64,000 nt of DNA from Cystobasidiomycetes sp. EMM_F5. Taxonomy: Eukaryota. The DNA is taken from assembly GCA_051047955.1 (NCBI GenBank), contig JBPGPT010000005.1, positions 248,001 through 312,000 on the forward strand. Direction: 5' to 3'. Position 1 is the stretch's first letter. Every line of letters starts with the position of its first letter. Positions 25,810 through 39,250 of the stretch are shown here, piece after piece. A program made the position numbers and the translations under genes. A model generated the notes under the pieces. It saw only the letters and a program-made list of their open reading frames with translations. It had not been told where the DNA came from and made no database searches.

Positions 25810-26022
25810 GTCAGGTCGTCCGGTAGGTCGGCAAAGAAGCCGGAGTGACAATTTGCACATCAACAAGGATATTGGTTTATGGACAACAGCCCTGTTGACT
25901 ATCCGTCTTGTAAATCATTCCACCGACATTAGATACTGACATCGTCACCGGGCATAAAATCTAGTATCCCCGAAGTGTCCGTGCGTCTATCAATCTTTGA
26001 ATGAAGCCGGCCAGCAGGCTGT

Positions 26023-27260
26023 TTAGACTGCTGTAGCGGTAGGAATAGACTGAACTACTCCGGTGAGAACGCTCGGAGTTGAAAGGACAACTCCCGTAAG
26101 TATACTGGGAGTCGAAAGTACAACGCCGGTAAGGATGCTGGCGGTTGATCTGACGACTCCAGTAAGAATGCTGTCTTGTGTGCTTCTGACGACTCCAGTC
26201 AAAATTGATGGGGCGGACGTCGTGCTTACAACTATAGGAGGGGCAGTTGTGGTCGACGCAGCGGTTGAAGTGCTTGCGGAGACGATTGTCGAGGAAATGG
26301 GCTGCGCGCCAACGAGGCTGGCCAGATTAGCAAACTCCGCCTGACCCAGAGTACTGATAAGCTGGCCTCCTAAAGCTTGACTGTGGTGTTGTAGAATTAG
26401 AGACTTCGCCGCATAACTAAGACACCATTGTAACCGACCTTGCTGCGCAAAAGTTGACGAATAGCACGACCACTGTGTTGGGGCCACCCGCTCCCCCCGT
26501 CGCAGGGTAGAAAGAATCGTAAAAGTTGAGCACCCACGAGGCGTTGCTTACGGCACTTTGGCTCAATCCTATAGGACCATTCGTAACATTGTATGCATAA
26601 TTACGAAAGCCAGCCGTGGAGTTTCCACTTCGATTGACCAGTTGTTCTGTGATATTCATTCCCATGTAGTTCAGAGTGTGGGTTGAGTTTATGGCAGAGA
26701 TGGTGGACGTGGTAGTGACATTGGGAAAGAATGCTGAAGTTGTCCAATTACCGAACGCTGTCAAAGTACGATTGAGGGAAACTGGGAAGGTGGCAGACTG
26801 TCTGAATAACAGCTTAGGCCTAGCCTTTAAACCAAAAATATATCGGACTCACTCATAATACGTCAAAAGGTATCCAGCGGGGCAAGGGTAAAGCGGATTC
26901 GCCGGAACCGACGAAGTGGGTGTTGCTGCGGCAGAGCTTCCATACATCAGCATAGAATATTATATGACCCGTGATCAGACGATGCTCACGAGCAGAGCTT
27001 GTCGGAGTTGCTGCAGACGTTACCGTCAGGACCACGCCCGTTAAAATCGAAGGGGAGGTCGAAGAAACAACGCCGGTCAAGATTGAAGTCGATGCCACGG
27101 TCGATTGGAGTACGACTCCAGTGAGAATCGAGGGTACCGATGTCGACAATACGACGCCTGTCAAGATGGACGGAGCGGTTGCCGTGCCCTGTCGTACCTG
27201 AAGCGGGGAGGCGAAGGTATTTGCAACGAGAGCTGCTGCAAGGAGAAGAGAGTAAGTCAT
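26023..27260 (-). CDS. Secreted Ser/Thr-rich protein with SILTGVV repeats flanking a globular domain
   Basis: Signal peptide MTYSLLLAAALVANTFA-SP, 4 N-terminal and 5 C-terminal repeats, and a central exon with two Cys (CPAG..NFCA) and many N-glycosylation sequons. Confidence 0.8.
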
Positions 27261-27649
27261 CGCAATAATGTGGATACAGCTTGCGGGAGGAGGGAGACCG
27301 CACGTAGCAGTCAGCCCTTGAAGCCAGAGGAAAAAGCATCCCGCTTTCACCGGACACGTGGGAAGACTGCCCCACAATGCAGGGACGTGACACGCTGGGT
27401 CAGCTGCATAGAAAGCCACATTGCCTCAAGTCTCAGCTGGGGCAATCAATCGTGTTCCGCCGCTACGCTTCGCGTTCGCGAAATCCCGAAGAAAGCGTCG
27501 TCGGTCTGATGATTGTCCATATCAATCGGCAAATCTATGATTTACACCTTGCACAAGTCCACTATCGCAACCAAATGGCACTCGGGAACGACCTAGCCTG
27601 AGGTAGCATTCCGTATCTGACGAATCGAAGAAGCAGGCAAAGGTAGATT

Positions 27650-28685
27650 CTAGGCCATCATAAATGCGCCGACAAGTGCCACGAGACCAGCCAGTAAAGT
27701 GACCAGAAAGCCCGGAGCAAAGCGACCAGCGTTCTGTCATGGTGATGGAAGTCAGTCGTCTGTGTTCTGCTGAAGGTCGGCAGAGAGAAGCTTACGTTTG
27801 CCACGACATCAAAGGCAACACTTTGGAACTCCTTCGATGCAATACTTGTTGGCGCGCTTAGCAAGCTGCTGGTGGACAAAGAGCCGGCGGTAGTCGTTGC
27901 TACGCTCGTCGTGGGATATGGAATGCATGAGGATGGCTCGGCAGTTGAGGTCGCAATCGTGCCAGTATAGCTGGTGCCCGACACTACCACGATGGCTGAT
28001 GCAGACATCGTCGAGACCGGACCTTCAACGTAAACGGTAGTGGCATGTAATGCGGACCCGGTGGACGCGGTAGCTGAGACAGACGAGAAAGACACGCCAG
28101 ATCCGATGTATGTCGTCACTGTCGGAGCAGCCGCCGAATGTGGTCCAGGGAAGTAGATGGATGAAATTGAGGCGACTAAGGTGCTGGTCGGCTTGTTAAG
28201 ACCGATAGAAGTCGTGACCGTCGGAGCAGCGGCAGAGTGTGGTGCATTGAGGTAAATGGATGAAATGGAGGCGACTGCAGTGCTGGTCGGCTTGTCAAAG
28301 CCAAGAGAAGTCATCACTGCAGAGCCGATGTAGGTGCTGGCAGGCAAAGCGAATGTGGTACCATCGTAAATTACCGATGTCATTATATCATTGGCAGTGC
28401 GGTTGCATCGGTCAACATCAGATGTGTAGACTGTCACCAGACTGGAAGAAACTCCCTTGAGATCGGAAGGCAGCGATGTGGATTGCGTAGTATGTCCTTG
28501 ACCAGACGCACTAGAAGGAAAGACTGAAAGGACGGCGTCAAAAGGCTTTCAGTCCAAATATTTGCAACTCGAAAATCGGAATAGGGCTCACTCGAGGACG
28601 TGATTGCTTGAGGAGCCGCCAGTCCTAATGGAGATGCGAAAACAACAGATGCGCCGGCGACAACGACTACACGAGGGGTCTGCAT
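27650..28685 (-). CDS. Ser/Thr-rich, probably GPI-anchored cell-wall/surface protein
   Basis: Hydrophobic N-terminus; internal ~31 aa duplication (KPTSTxVASISSIYxxxPHSAAAPTVTTxIG); spliced last exon NAGRFAPGFLVTLLAGLVALVGAFMMA* fits a GPI signal. Confidence 0.7.
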
Positions 28686-29201
28686 GTTTAGCATCTTGCC
28701 TTGTGGGTAACGAACGACTTGGGACGCGAGTGGAGTACGCTACGGACTTGACGACGGAAACGGATGGCGGATGTTAAATGAGAACACGTTTGCTCAGGAG
28801 GGCGTATGGTCAATGAGTGGAATTGAGGGGCAAGAGCCGTGCAGGAACAGCGTTGTAAGAATGAGGATTTGTGCACTTGGGTCTGTGGCTGTGTTCGAGT
28901 ACACTGGCCGTCAGCCGACTCGGCCTGCAGGCTGCTCATCACGCAAGCGGACTATTCCGCTAGAAGTGCAAATGCACAGCCATCCTTATGGAAGACGTTG
29001 AACGTTGAACGTTATTGGCCTCGTACTTTGCACAGCCATCAAGAGGTCCGAGCGCGTCGTTTAGACAACAAATCATACATGGATCGTCGTAAATCCACGC
29101 CTTGTCGCCAAGCCGACGTGTGAAGGTAGCTAGCCTACACGGTCTGCTGGAGAGAGTATCTTATCCCTTGCACGCAAACGAATGCCTCATTTCTGCCGTC
29201 G

Positions 29202-32200
29202 CTACAAGCGGCCCGTCAAGACCCGTTGTTCGTCGGCTAAACGCGTCACTTTGGCCCGCAGCTGCACGAGGGCGGCTCGTTTGGCAGCGAGTTGACCGGC
29301 CGGTTTGCGCAGAGCTGGCTGCCATAGATTGTCATTCGGCTGTTTGCTTGGCACGGCCAGCTCGACCACCCGGGCGCTCGCGGAAAGCGTTGCAGCCTCC
29401 CTTGCCAGGGCAGCAGTCTCGGTACGGATGCGGTGACGTTGGAGACGCTGCGCGCCAGTCGCAAATGTGGCGTCGTTGGCCATGAGGCTTTCATAGTCTG
29501 GAAGAGCGAGATCCGGGTTGACGGCGACATTAGTACTTTCGGGCGCTGATGGTAGACTCCGCATTGTATTTTGGCGGCGTAGATATTGAACGGTACCACG
29601 CAGGGCTGCAATCTGGCAACATACAATTTTCAGTCTTCACTCGTTTTCTGAATTCTGCGGCGAGATCGTACCTGTTCCAACAGATGACCGGTTTCTAGAG
29701 AGCCAGTATAAAGAGTGAGATCTGTAGCGGCATTCCGCCTTGACACAGTCAAGTCTGTAAAAAGTGTCAGTTTACCAGCAAATGAATCAACACGTCATTG
29801 CAGCTCACCCTTGTCGCTGGTCGTAATAGCCTGCTTAGCTGTAGCTAAGTCACGATGGACTGTATCTAAATCGGTCTGCAGTTGGCGTATTGTGGCAGAG
29901 GAGTCTTGCTCTAGCTTTTTGAGTCTACTTAGCTCTATATCGAGCTCCGTCGAAAGATCGGCCTGGCGTTTGAAACCCTCCATGCGTAGCTCAATCGTGT
30001 CAATCTTGACGTGCGACTCTTGTAAAGCCTGGTCTTTTAGGCGAAGCTCACGGGCTAGATCTTTGATGTCTTCCGTCATTTTCAAGACTAAACGATCGGC
30101 GTCCATGTCCCGCATGACTGCATTCTGTAGATGCTGAACACGCGCCTGCCACGGATGCTGGTATGATACTGACGAATCGTGACTCAGCAAATACTCTTCC
30201 GCTTATGGGCATTTGCCGGGACCTACTTTTGATATGATTTTCCGGCTGGAGAGCAGCTGTACTCAAGGCCGCGAGACTTTGCTTGAGGTTGCGAAGTATG
30301 ATCTCTACGCCAAGGAGGTCCTTCGACTGACTACGAATATCAAGGGCAGCCTCCTGTGTGATTCCAAGATATATGTTCGGGTCGAAGGAGTCATGAGTTG
30401 TGCGCAATTCGAGCACATATCTCCCAATGAGCTCGGCGAACTGCATACAATCGGCGTTAAGTCATTTCCAGTCGTCAAACGCTAAACCGGGCTTACCTTG
30501 CCGGCAAAAACAGTTAGCGAACGCGCGCTGCCAACGTTGGGTAGCAAGCTCTGCGTGATTTCGTCTGTGAGGAAGCCTCCGCCATCGACAGTCTGCTGCA
30601 CATGCTGGTGCAGCCTTCTGTTGATGATGTACGACATCATAAGTCAGTCTATATGGGAAAAACACCCGCACTTGACACTCACCGAGCGTTGACTTTGATG
30701 GCCGCGACTGTGGTCAGTATGCTTGAAAGGGGCGAGAAGATTGCTTCGTGCGGATCTAGCTCAGAATCGGAAGGTTCGGTTTCCGTCGTGCGCAGCAACG
30801 AGGACAAGTTCTGTTGAACGAAGCCAACTGCGAAGGTGACGGTAGCGAGGTCGTAATATATTGACAATAAATGTCCGGACTGCTGCTCGCCCATATCGAG
30901 ATCATTGTCGCCGAGGTGAGTTTCCGCCACAAAGACGGCTTGAGCCGTGAAGCTGTAACGACATTTCTTATGAGACCGAAGGCTAACTCATCCGAAGGCC
31001 TGCTGCTAGACTCACCCATCAAAGTCAGATCCACAATCTACTATTTTCAAGTCCTCCTTCCTTGCGAGCTCGATGAATCCGTCGATGCGTTTTTCCATGT
31101 GCGACATTTCTAAGTGTACTTGGCCCAGTTTGAGAAAGATCGCAGGTTCGCATTTGTCCAGGTTTGCCGCAAATCGACGACAAAGGACCATGAATCTCGA
31201 TGCTCTCGAACGCGTCTCGCATGCAGCGACAGCCGAATCCGGGAAAGTATCAGGGTTGCTTGTGCTCTCGAGGTGATGTGTTTTCTCAATGCATACTATC
31301 AGTAGCGCAACTTTATCGGCCAGTCTAGAGAAGAACAGCAAAGCCTCCACGGCCGCTTTGTCCTCTTCGAGAAATATTGGCGGAAGGTACCCCTGACCGT
31401 GCGGGAGACATGGTCAGACTGCTGCGAATTTTTTGAGATCGGGTGCTTACAGTCACAATCTCAAGCTGTTTTCGAGCCATATCTGCCTTGATTCGCTCCA
31501 TTTCGAGATCTATCGCTTTGCTGTTATTCCGAACTACAGTAGTCTGCAATTTATGGTTCAGATTAAGCATAGCCTGCGAATGCGAGGACAGAGCCTGTGA
31601 CTGCGATTGTTGGCTCTCGTATTGTTGATGCAGTTTTTCAATTTCACTACCCAATGCATCGAGATCAGTGGATGCTCGAGTATTTGCGTTAAAATGCTTA
31701 AGCATACCTTTGCTGGTTCGACACAAGCTCTCGGAATTGCTCAATCGTGCCTTGATAATCAAGGAGATCATCCTCGAGGCTCTCGATGCGGACAGTGCTC
31801 ACGCGTAGTTCGGCGTCTCGCCTCGCTATCTCGTCTTGCAACTGCTTCTCGTTTTCCGCTCTAAACTCCTCGACTTCGTCACTGACCTCCTTCAGTGCTT
31901 CCAGATCTTGTATCACAGCATGTGCCTCTTCGACTCTCTCAGACAGTGCCAGATTGCGCTCGGTAAGCAACTCGAGCATGTCCTGCGCGCCCATTGCATC
32001 GTCAAGTTGGAGCTTGAGCGATTCGACAATAGCCTCGGACGCTTCCAACTGTTCTGCCGTAGTCGTGTAGGCGTTTTGAAGGTCACTGGTAAGGTCGAGT
32101 TCCTTCTCGAGATCTGCTATTCTCCGCTTGTTATCCTGCTCGTTTTCTGCAGAGAAATCTCGCAATTTTACGAGTGCTTCTTTCAGGCGCTCATTCTGCT

Positions 32201-33927
32201 TAGCCAACTGCAGGAAGGCTAGACTGTCTTTAACGTTGTCTCCAGTATCCCCGGCGACCTCCGATACTATGCGTTGGTCTTCCTGACGGATGGCTTGAAG
32301 CTCGACCTCCAATTCTGCGCATCGCTCCTTTGCCTGCTCGAGCTGTTGCGCAACGTCTTCCACTTTCTCTTCGGCTACCTCCTTATCCAGGGCTGCCATT
32401 TCGAGCTGATCATTGAGGTCTGCGAGCTGCTTCTCGTCACTTTCCCGTTCGATGGCAGTCTCTCTTGCGGCTTTCCGGAGCTCTTTTACTTCGGCTGACA
32501 ACTCAACAAGCTTTGTCTGTAGCTTCGGCCGGGCTACATTCCAGGATTCGGCGTCCTCCTTCAGGCGCTCCATTGCTTTGAGGCGTTCCCGATCGTCAGC
32601 TCTACCAGCTTCTAAAAGGCGATACTTGTGCTGCAGCTCTTCGTAGGTCCGCAATGAAACGCCCTGCGGCATCTGCGCCCCCGGTTAATTACATGTCATC
32701 AGCACTGACGGTACTGCGGTGGATATCTCAACCTACATGGACCACAGCAGCCTTTGACGCGGCAGCAGAACGGTCTTCTTGTATAACAAGATTTGCTTGC
32801 TTCGCCGTATGGGATTGAAGTGCTTCATCAGTCGCAAAGATGGGTGACGAAAGCGAGGCTTGTGTGTCTTGGGATCGACTCGAATCAATGTCTACTTCTG
32901 CCTCTTCTCCGTCAGGGCTTGGACTGCTGAACAAAGCGATAGCTTACCTGGCGCAGACGTCGGAAGAGCAGTATCGGATGGCCTGTCTGACTGACGGGAG
33001 GGTATGTGCCTGCGAGGTGCGGGTGTGGGTAGCGCAGACGTGGAAGCGCGTGAAGAGGAGCGCGATGGCGTGGCAGGCATGTCTGCGTGCGGAGAAACAT
33101 TTTGACTATGTAAATCAGACCTTTCCGTCGATCTGCGAGGAGTCGACGGCAGTCTTGCGGGCGTTGTTGTTCGAGTTTCCGGCAGTGACGCAGATACTGT
33201 ACGAGAAGCTGCAGATGTCACGCTAGATGATGAGGAATGTCGGCCCAAGGCTGTTGAAGAAGGCCGGACTGGCGTTCCGACCCGACTGGACAGGACCGAA
33301 GAGACGCGAGGACTTGGTGCAGGTCTCTTGACGGAAAGGGCAGGGTTCGTTGCTGATTGAGCTGTAGTACTGGCGAGACTCGGTCGACCGCCGTCGACAC
33401 GGCGTGGTGTCTGGTCTATCGATGCGGAAGCGACAGACTGAGGCTGGTGGTATGGCCGATTTAGTATACTTCACGCAGACTGGCTGCTGTTGCGTGCCTA
33501 CCTGCCGGGGCAGAGGTGGAACCTTGAAATCGTCTTCATCTCTGTCCACTTTATCGATGATTTGGATCTGAGATGGCCGAACAAAGACTCCAGAGAGGGT
33601 TCCAGCTTTCTGCAGCGCGAAATATGGCTTGCCCTGGATGCGTCATGAAAATGTAGTTAGACGCGTACAGTACGTGTTTATGCAGTTGAAATGACAACAC
33701 TCATTCAGCTAGCGATACAACAGCCAGGCTTTCAGAATGCTACCGACCTGGACGCTCCCGTCATTCTTGCCAGTCCCTACAGCGTCCAGCTCGATTCCAA
33801 CCCATTTTCCAGCTGCAAAACTGGTCTGCCCGACAAAGCGGACCACGCCTGGACCTGCTGGGACGTTTACGCGGGCGAGCAGGGGGACATTGATGGCATT
33901 CGAGGCGGCACTGGGTGCGACTGCCAT
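29202..33927 (-). CDS. NIP100: Dynactin subunit p150(Glued)
   Basis: CAP-Gly GVVRFVGQTSFAAGKWVGIELD..GKNDGSVQ, Ser/Pro-rich linker, and long coiled coil with EMAALDKEVAEE, QNERLKEALVKLRD and TIEQFRELV. Confidence 0.95.
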
Positions 33928-34044
33928 GGCATGTTGGCAGGGAAGTCAAGAATCAGCTGGCCATAGTTGACGCTGATCGGATATCAAGCAATCTGGAAGC
34001 TGCACTTCCTGATGCCCTGCTGACCACTGCCAAGCTGCTTCAAC

Positions 34045-35258
34045 ATGGCCAACGCTGGCTCGAGCTCGTCGCGGCTCCGCTTCAAAGGCCACCACAACCT
34101 GCGTTATCGAATTCTGCTCTCAATTCTCTCGCAACGGCCACTGCTCGTCACTGAAATTCGTGCAAACGCCGACAATCCTGGCATCAAGGATTTCGAAGTC
34201 TCATTTCTGCGACTCATAGAACGCCTCACGAATGGCACACTCGTCGAAATCAACTATACCGGAACGGAAATCTACGTAAAGCCCGGCATGCTTCTTGGCG
34301 GAAGTGTCGTACATCAATGTCCGGAGAGTAGGGCAGTGGGATGGTTCTTGGAGCCGTGCCTCGTGCTGGGTCTGTTTGGAAAGCAGGATCTCAAGCTCAC
34401 ACTGCGCGGCGTGACATCAAATGACAGAGATGTTTCGGTAGATTGAAATTTAGTGCGACTCGCTTGTACGGCATTCTGATCGCTTAATTTCCGCAGGCCG
34501 ATACTCTGCGCACTTCATATCTCCCTCACCTATCGTCATTCATCCCAGCTACCGTCACTGTACCGCTCGAACTACGGATATTGAAACGTGGGCTGTTGCC
34601 AGGCGGTGGCGGCGAAATTGTCTACTCTTCCCCGTCAATACGAGCTGTAAAGGCGGGCTACGACTTTACATCTCCTGGGTCCATTACAAAGATTCGAGGT
34701 CTGGCGCACTGTGTGCGAGTCAATCCGCAGTTCGCGCAGAGACTGGTCAACGGCGCAAAAGAAGTGCTCAGTCCGCTATGTAGCGATACACGCATATACA
34801 CAGATGTCTATCGCGGTCAGGAGAGTGGAAAGAGCCCTGGGTACGGTTTGACACTCGTCGCGTCAAGCACAACCCAGGCAGTTCATTCGGCAGAAGCAGT
34901 ATCGGCGCCAACGACTGCTGCACCTGGACAAGCAGGGTCTATCACTCCGGCCCCACAACAGACGCCAGAGGAGCTCGGTGCATCGGCAGCTTTTGCTCTA
35001 TTATCGCAATTGGATCGAGGGTCTTGCGTGGATGCTGGAATAGAGTGGATGGTCTGTCTCCTCATGGCGCTCGGAAGCGAAGACGTCGGGAGGGTTCGAC
35101 TTGCTGGCCCATTCGACCCGCAACTCGTCCTGTTTCTCCGCGATCTGAAGGACATACTCGGCGTCACAATGAAGATACGTCCGCACGAAGAGCTCAAGGA
35201 CGTGCATCTCGTTAGCTGCGTCGGCATCGGCTTTACCAATATTGCAAAGAAGTCGTAA
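34045..35258 (+). CDS. RCL1: RNA 3'-terminal phosphate cyclase-like protein (18S rRNA processing)
   Basis: NLRYRILLSILS..IRA..PGIKDFEVSFLRLIERLTNG, KRGLLPGGGGE, GKSPGYG and SCVGIGFTNIAK; one intron at ~34438-34496. Confidence 0.95.
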
Positions 35259-35690
35259 GCAGTAATAATCACAGTAATGAAACATCATCGCTGAGTCTCT
35301 GTCGATATTCCCTAGCGCCTAATTCTCACGAGTAAGTTTCGCCTGCGTTGAGTTGCTGCACTACTACAATGTCGTTGTACCTCTTTGGCCATCCCGAGTA
35401 GTGGCAAACGGAATACGAAATGTGTATGCTGCGAGACGTGTATTGGCAAATTCAAAGTACACTGTTACAATAGCGAGACTGTCCAGTCGATACTCCTCCC
35501 CTTAGAAGTACACGATGGCCATACAACACAGTGAGGTCGGGATGAGAGCGCAGATATACGCCTGGCCCCGAATAAGAGGGCGATACAGAAAGAGTATGAA
35601 ATATGTCGAGCCGAGAAGAAGTATGACGAAGCATGCAAAGCAGATCAAGACCATCCACGAAAAATCGAAAGTAGCGAGATGAGCGGTGCA

Positions 35691-36345
35691 TCAGATCTCC
35701 ATCTCCTCATCGTCGCAAGCGCTGTTGTCGTTTTCGTCATGGGCGTCCTGTGAAGCCGACACCTGCTGGAGCTTGCTTGACTGGAGACCTTGATTGGCAA
35801 GCTGAGATTGAGCCTGTTTGGCATGCGAAGGGTGCAGGAAGCCCGCATTTGACAGCGGGACGTTTTGCGAAGATGGATTCAAGGGATTGTTGTTGCTCGT
35901 TGCGAATGATGAAGACAGAGCCAGCGGCTTTCCCCTAAAATCACAAGCAAGCCAGGTTCAGCGTTTCTGATCGGTTGGTAAGCCGCCAAAGAGCCTACTT
36001 TGTAAAGTGCTTCTTCTTTGCAAGGTGTAGCTTTGCGGTGCACGGTGAGACTATAGTGTCTGTTGGCGAATAGAACGAGTTGCTGTATTTGGCGGCGGAT
36101 TCGGGAGATTCGGAATGGATCGTCAGTCAACCAGTCGTCTACCTTCGACGTAGGCCAGAGTCGGCCAGCACAACTCACCCACTAGCGGCCATCTTCTTTG
36201 CCAGCAGTGCTTTCCCGCCCATCTCGCTGTGACCTTGGGGTATTGCGCTCGCTCCAGCCTTGAGCGTAACCGCAACTTGACCCGAATGAAGCGGCTGGAC
36301 GTTTTCGATTTCGACCGAGGGATTGGTTGCCTCGAATGCAGACAT
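35691..36345 (-). CDS. SPO12: Spo12-family protein
   Basis: Spliced middle exon reads NSFYSPTDTIVSPCTAKLHLAKKKHFTK|GKP, the Spo12 motif. Confidence 0.8.
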
Positions 36346-36696
36346 TTCGTGCAGAGGTGTACTGGAAAGTGCGAGTATAGTGGATTGCTCCGACTGCGGG
36401 TTTGCGACTTGGCGAGTGCGAAAGCAGGAAAAGGCCAAAAGAAGTCGCGCCTCAAGAAAGGGAGAGCGGAAACACGTGACCAAAGTTGAATGAAAGTCTC
36501 TGTGCAGATGATGCAGCAGCAAATGAGCACATGCGTGAGGAGCCGATGTACACGCCCAGACTTGTATTACTTGACGCCGTACTACATACTACTCGACAAT
36601 GCTGCGAGTTCACTCAAAGGCCGAAAAATTCAGAAACACGACTATACATGCTACAAGAAAGACGTTGCAATTGACCCAATCTTCGAATGGTCCTTT

Positions 36697-38180
36697 TCAA
36701 CTCGACAACTCCACAGCAAAGGCAGTCGATAGGCGAACAAACTGCGTCAGGTGATCGAGCGAGTAGCCCTCCAGGTCGACCGTATCCCGCCCAGAATGGA
36801 TGGCCCCGGTGTTGGAATCTTCAAAGGTAGCCTCGACTGCAGATACAATAGTAGCCATCACTCAGATCAACTCTCGTGACTTTTGTACTTTTGACTCACT
36901 CGCAAAAGCACTCGGTACGCCAATTTTTGTCCACGAGCTATGATCAGAACAGCTGTATCCGCATTTCGTATCGACAGCCGGAATGCCAGTATATTCAGAA
37001 GTCAAGCGCTTGACATAGTCGGTCAACGCCGGATCAACATAGTCTCCGATGATTCCGATGCGTTCTTCAGTACCGGGCTTGACATAGGCAGTCATGTCCA
37101 TTTGCAGCATGGCTCGGACGGTATCACTATCGCTACCGTCACGCATCTTGCTAGCATAGCTTGCGGCGACGGCATTGGAGCCTAGCATACCACCTTCCTC
37201 GGCAGAGTACCAGTGGAACTCTACCTCGTAGCTCTCTGGTCGCCACTTGGCTTGTACCATCGTAGAAAGCACTTCAAGGACTGTAATCGACCCAGAAGCA
37301 TCGTCGTCTGCTCCAGGAGCGCCCAACTGCAAGCACACGCGTCAGCACGTAGAAACGAACAGCGCAGCCGACGCGGTATGATTAGCCTCACAGGAGTGCT
37401 AACTTAACTTACAAATGGTAGCAAGTTTGTACTATCTTGATGCGCTCCGATAATTACTTTGCCCAAACTATGAGCACTAGAATTTGCGAGAGGCAGACGA
37501 GCAATGATTGAGTTCTGTCCCCATGGATGTGGAAACTCCTCCACATGGATATGCAGAGATGGCTCTTGCGCAGCTACAGACTTGACTGTATCAAGGAGCC
37601 ATTTCTGAGAAGCTTTACCCTCGCTTGAGCGATAGTAGCGTGTTCGGAACGACGTAAATTTCCTCAAGCGCTGCATGATGCGGTCCTTGTCGATGTGGTT
37701 GTAGAAGTCCTTCTCTAGCTCCTTGTGTCCATGAGCCCATTTGCTTGGGAATGGAGAGTCGCCACTGACGGCGTCCAAAGCCTTAGCTGATGGTGCAGCA
37801 GTCTCGACCGGCAAAGCGGTACTTTCAGTCACATCGTCAAACTTGATGCCAGCATAGACGAGTAGTGCCTTTTCGCCTTCGGTAATGTCGAGCTGGACGA
37901 CTTGACCGTCCGAATCGAGCAATGCGACAATGCGACGTTCGGGATAAGCAGCGACGTGAGCGGTAAGCTGAGAGTGGAGATTGTCATCCAGCAGAAGGCT
38001 CAGCTTGTCGAGTGACGGGATATTCAGCCCATGCACGGCTGGTGCGTTGCGGTAGCCGGTAAATGATGCCACGCCATCCACCGAGAAGGGCAGCTGCTGT
38101 GCGATAGGCGACCCAAAGACTGCAGCGGAGCTCGAGAGCGCAGCTGCTGCGAGCAGAGAGGTAGCAGTTCTTGTTTTCAT
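36697..38180 (-). CDS. Secreted M28 family leucine aminopeptidase
   Basis: Signal peptide; RYYRS, IGAHQDS, PGADDDASGS, YSAEEGGMLGS, MLQMDMT, CGYSCSDHSSW and IHS. Confidence 0.92.
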
Positions 38181-38322
38181 CTTTACTTGCGATTCTTGAA
38201 CTATAGTGTAGTTGAGCCGGATGAAGGCTGCCATCGTTCAGTTCCAGTCTGATTAGACCCAAATCCGACGCCAAAGCTGCAACAGATCTGAGCAAGTCTG
38301 TAAACAGGTCTACTGCATCTAG

Positions 38323-39250
38323 ATGCAAGTATGGTGAGGCTTGTATGCCAGCTTGGAGTGCAGTGACAGCTCTGACGGAACGCGCTGTTCGAACGAAATC
38401 CATACAGACCAACCTCGGATTGTACAGCGTCACCGCGATAATCTTGCTGGACGCGAATGGATCATGCATATTGAGCAAGTACTATGACCCGCTACACCCC
38501 GCGACATCATCAACCGTCTCGGCAGCTGGCGGTGACGCGAAAAAGGCATCAAACGCCCTGGCGGCACCTGGTGGTATAACGCCCTCTGCACACTTACAAG
38601 CGAATCCTAATCCATTCAAGACTACAAAGGATCAAAGGCAATTTGAAAAGGGCGTGTGGGAAAAGACGCGGAAAGCGAATGGTGAGTTTGGACGACAACG
38701 CTGCCGATGCATCAGTCTGGGGTTTTGCCTTCAACAAGGCTGACTGAGACTTGTTCTATCGTATATGTACTGTTCTTCCTATCTCTTGACGAAATCTAGG
38801 CGACATACTCCTCTTCAACAACCAGCTCGTCCTCTATAAAGCGTCCATCGACCTCACTTTCTACGTGGTTGGACCAGAATATGAAAACGAGATTATGCTA
38901 CAAAATGTGCTAGTCGCCTTTCATGACGCTGTCAGCATGCTGTTACGGCATCAAGTAGAGAAGCGGAGCGTTTTAGAGAATCTGGACCTTGTCGTTCTGG
39001 CGCTGGACGAGACAGTAGACGATGGGTGAGTCACCTTACGCCCTGCATCGATCAAAGACGCCGTATCTGATGCCTTCTCCCGAAAAGGATTATCCTTGAA
39101 ACTGATGCGACGGCTATCGCAGCGCGGTGTTCGAGACCGAGGCCGGACCCTGCGCTAAATCTGTCGGAATTGAAGATAGACGAGCAGTCGTTGCTGCAGG
39201 CATTCTCGACGGTGCGAGACCGTGTCGTGTCACGCATCGGGCAGATGTAG
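38323..39250 (+). CDS. RET3: Coatomer subunit zeta
   Basis: MQ|TNLGLYSVTAIILLD..SKYY, ENEIML and VEKRSVLENLDLVVLALDETVDDG|IILETD. Confidence 0.92.
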
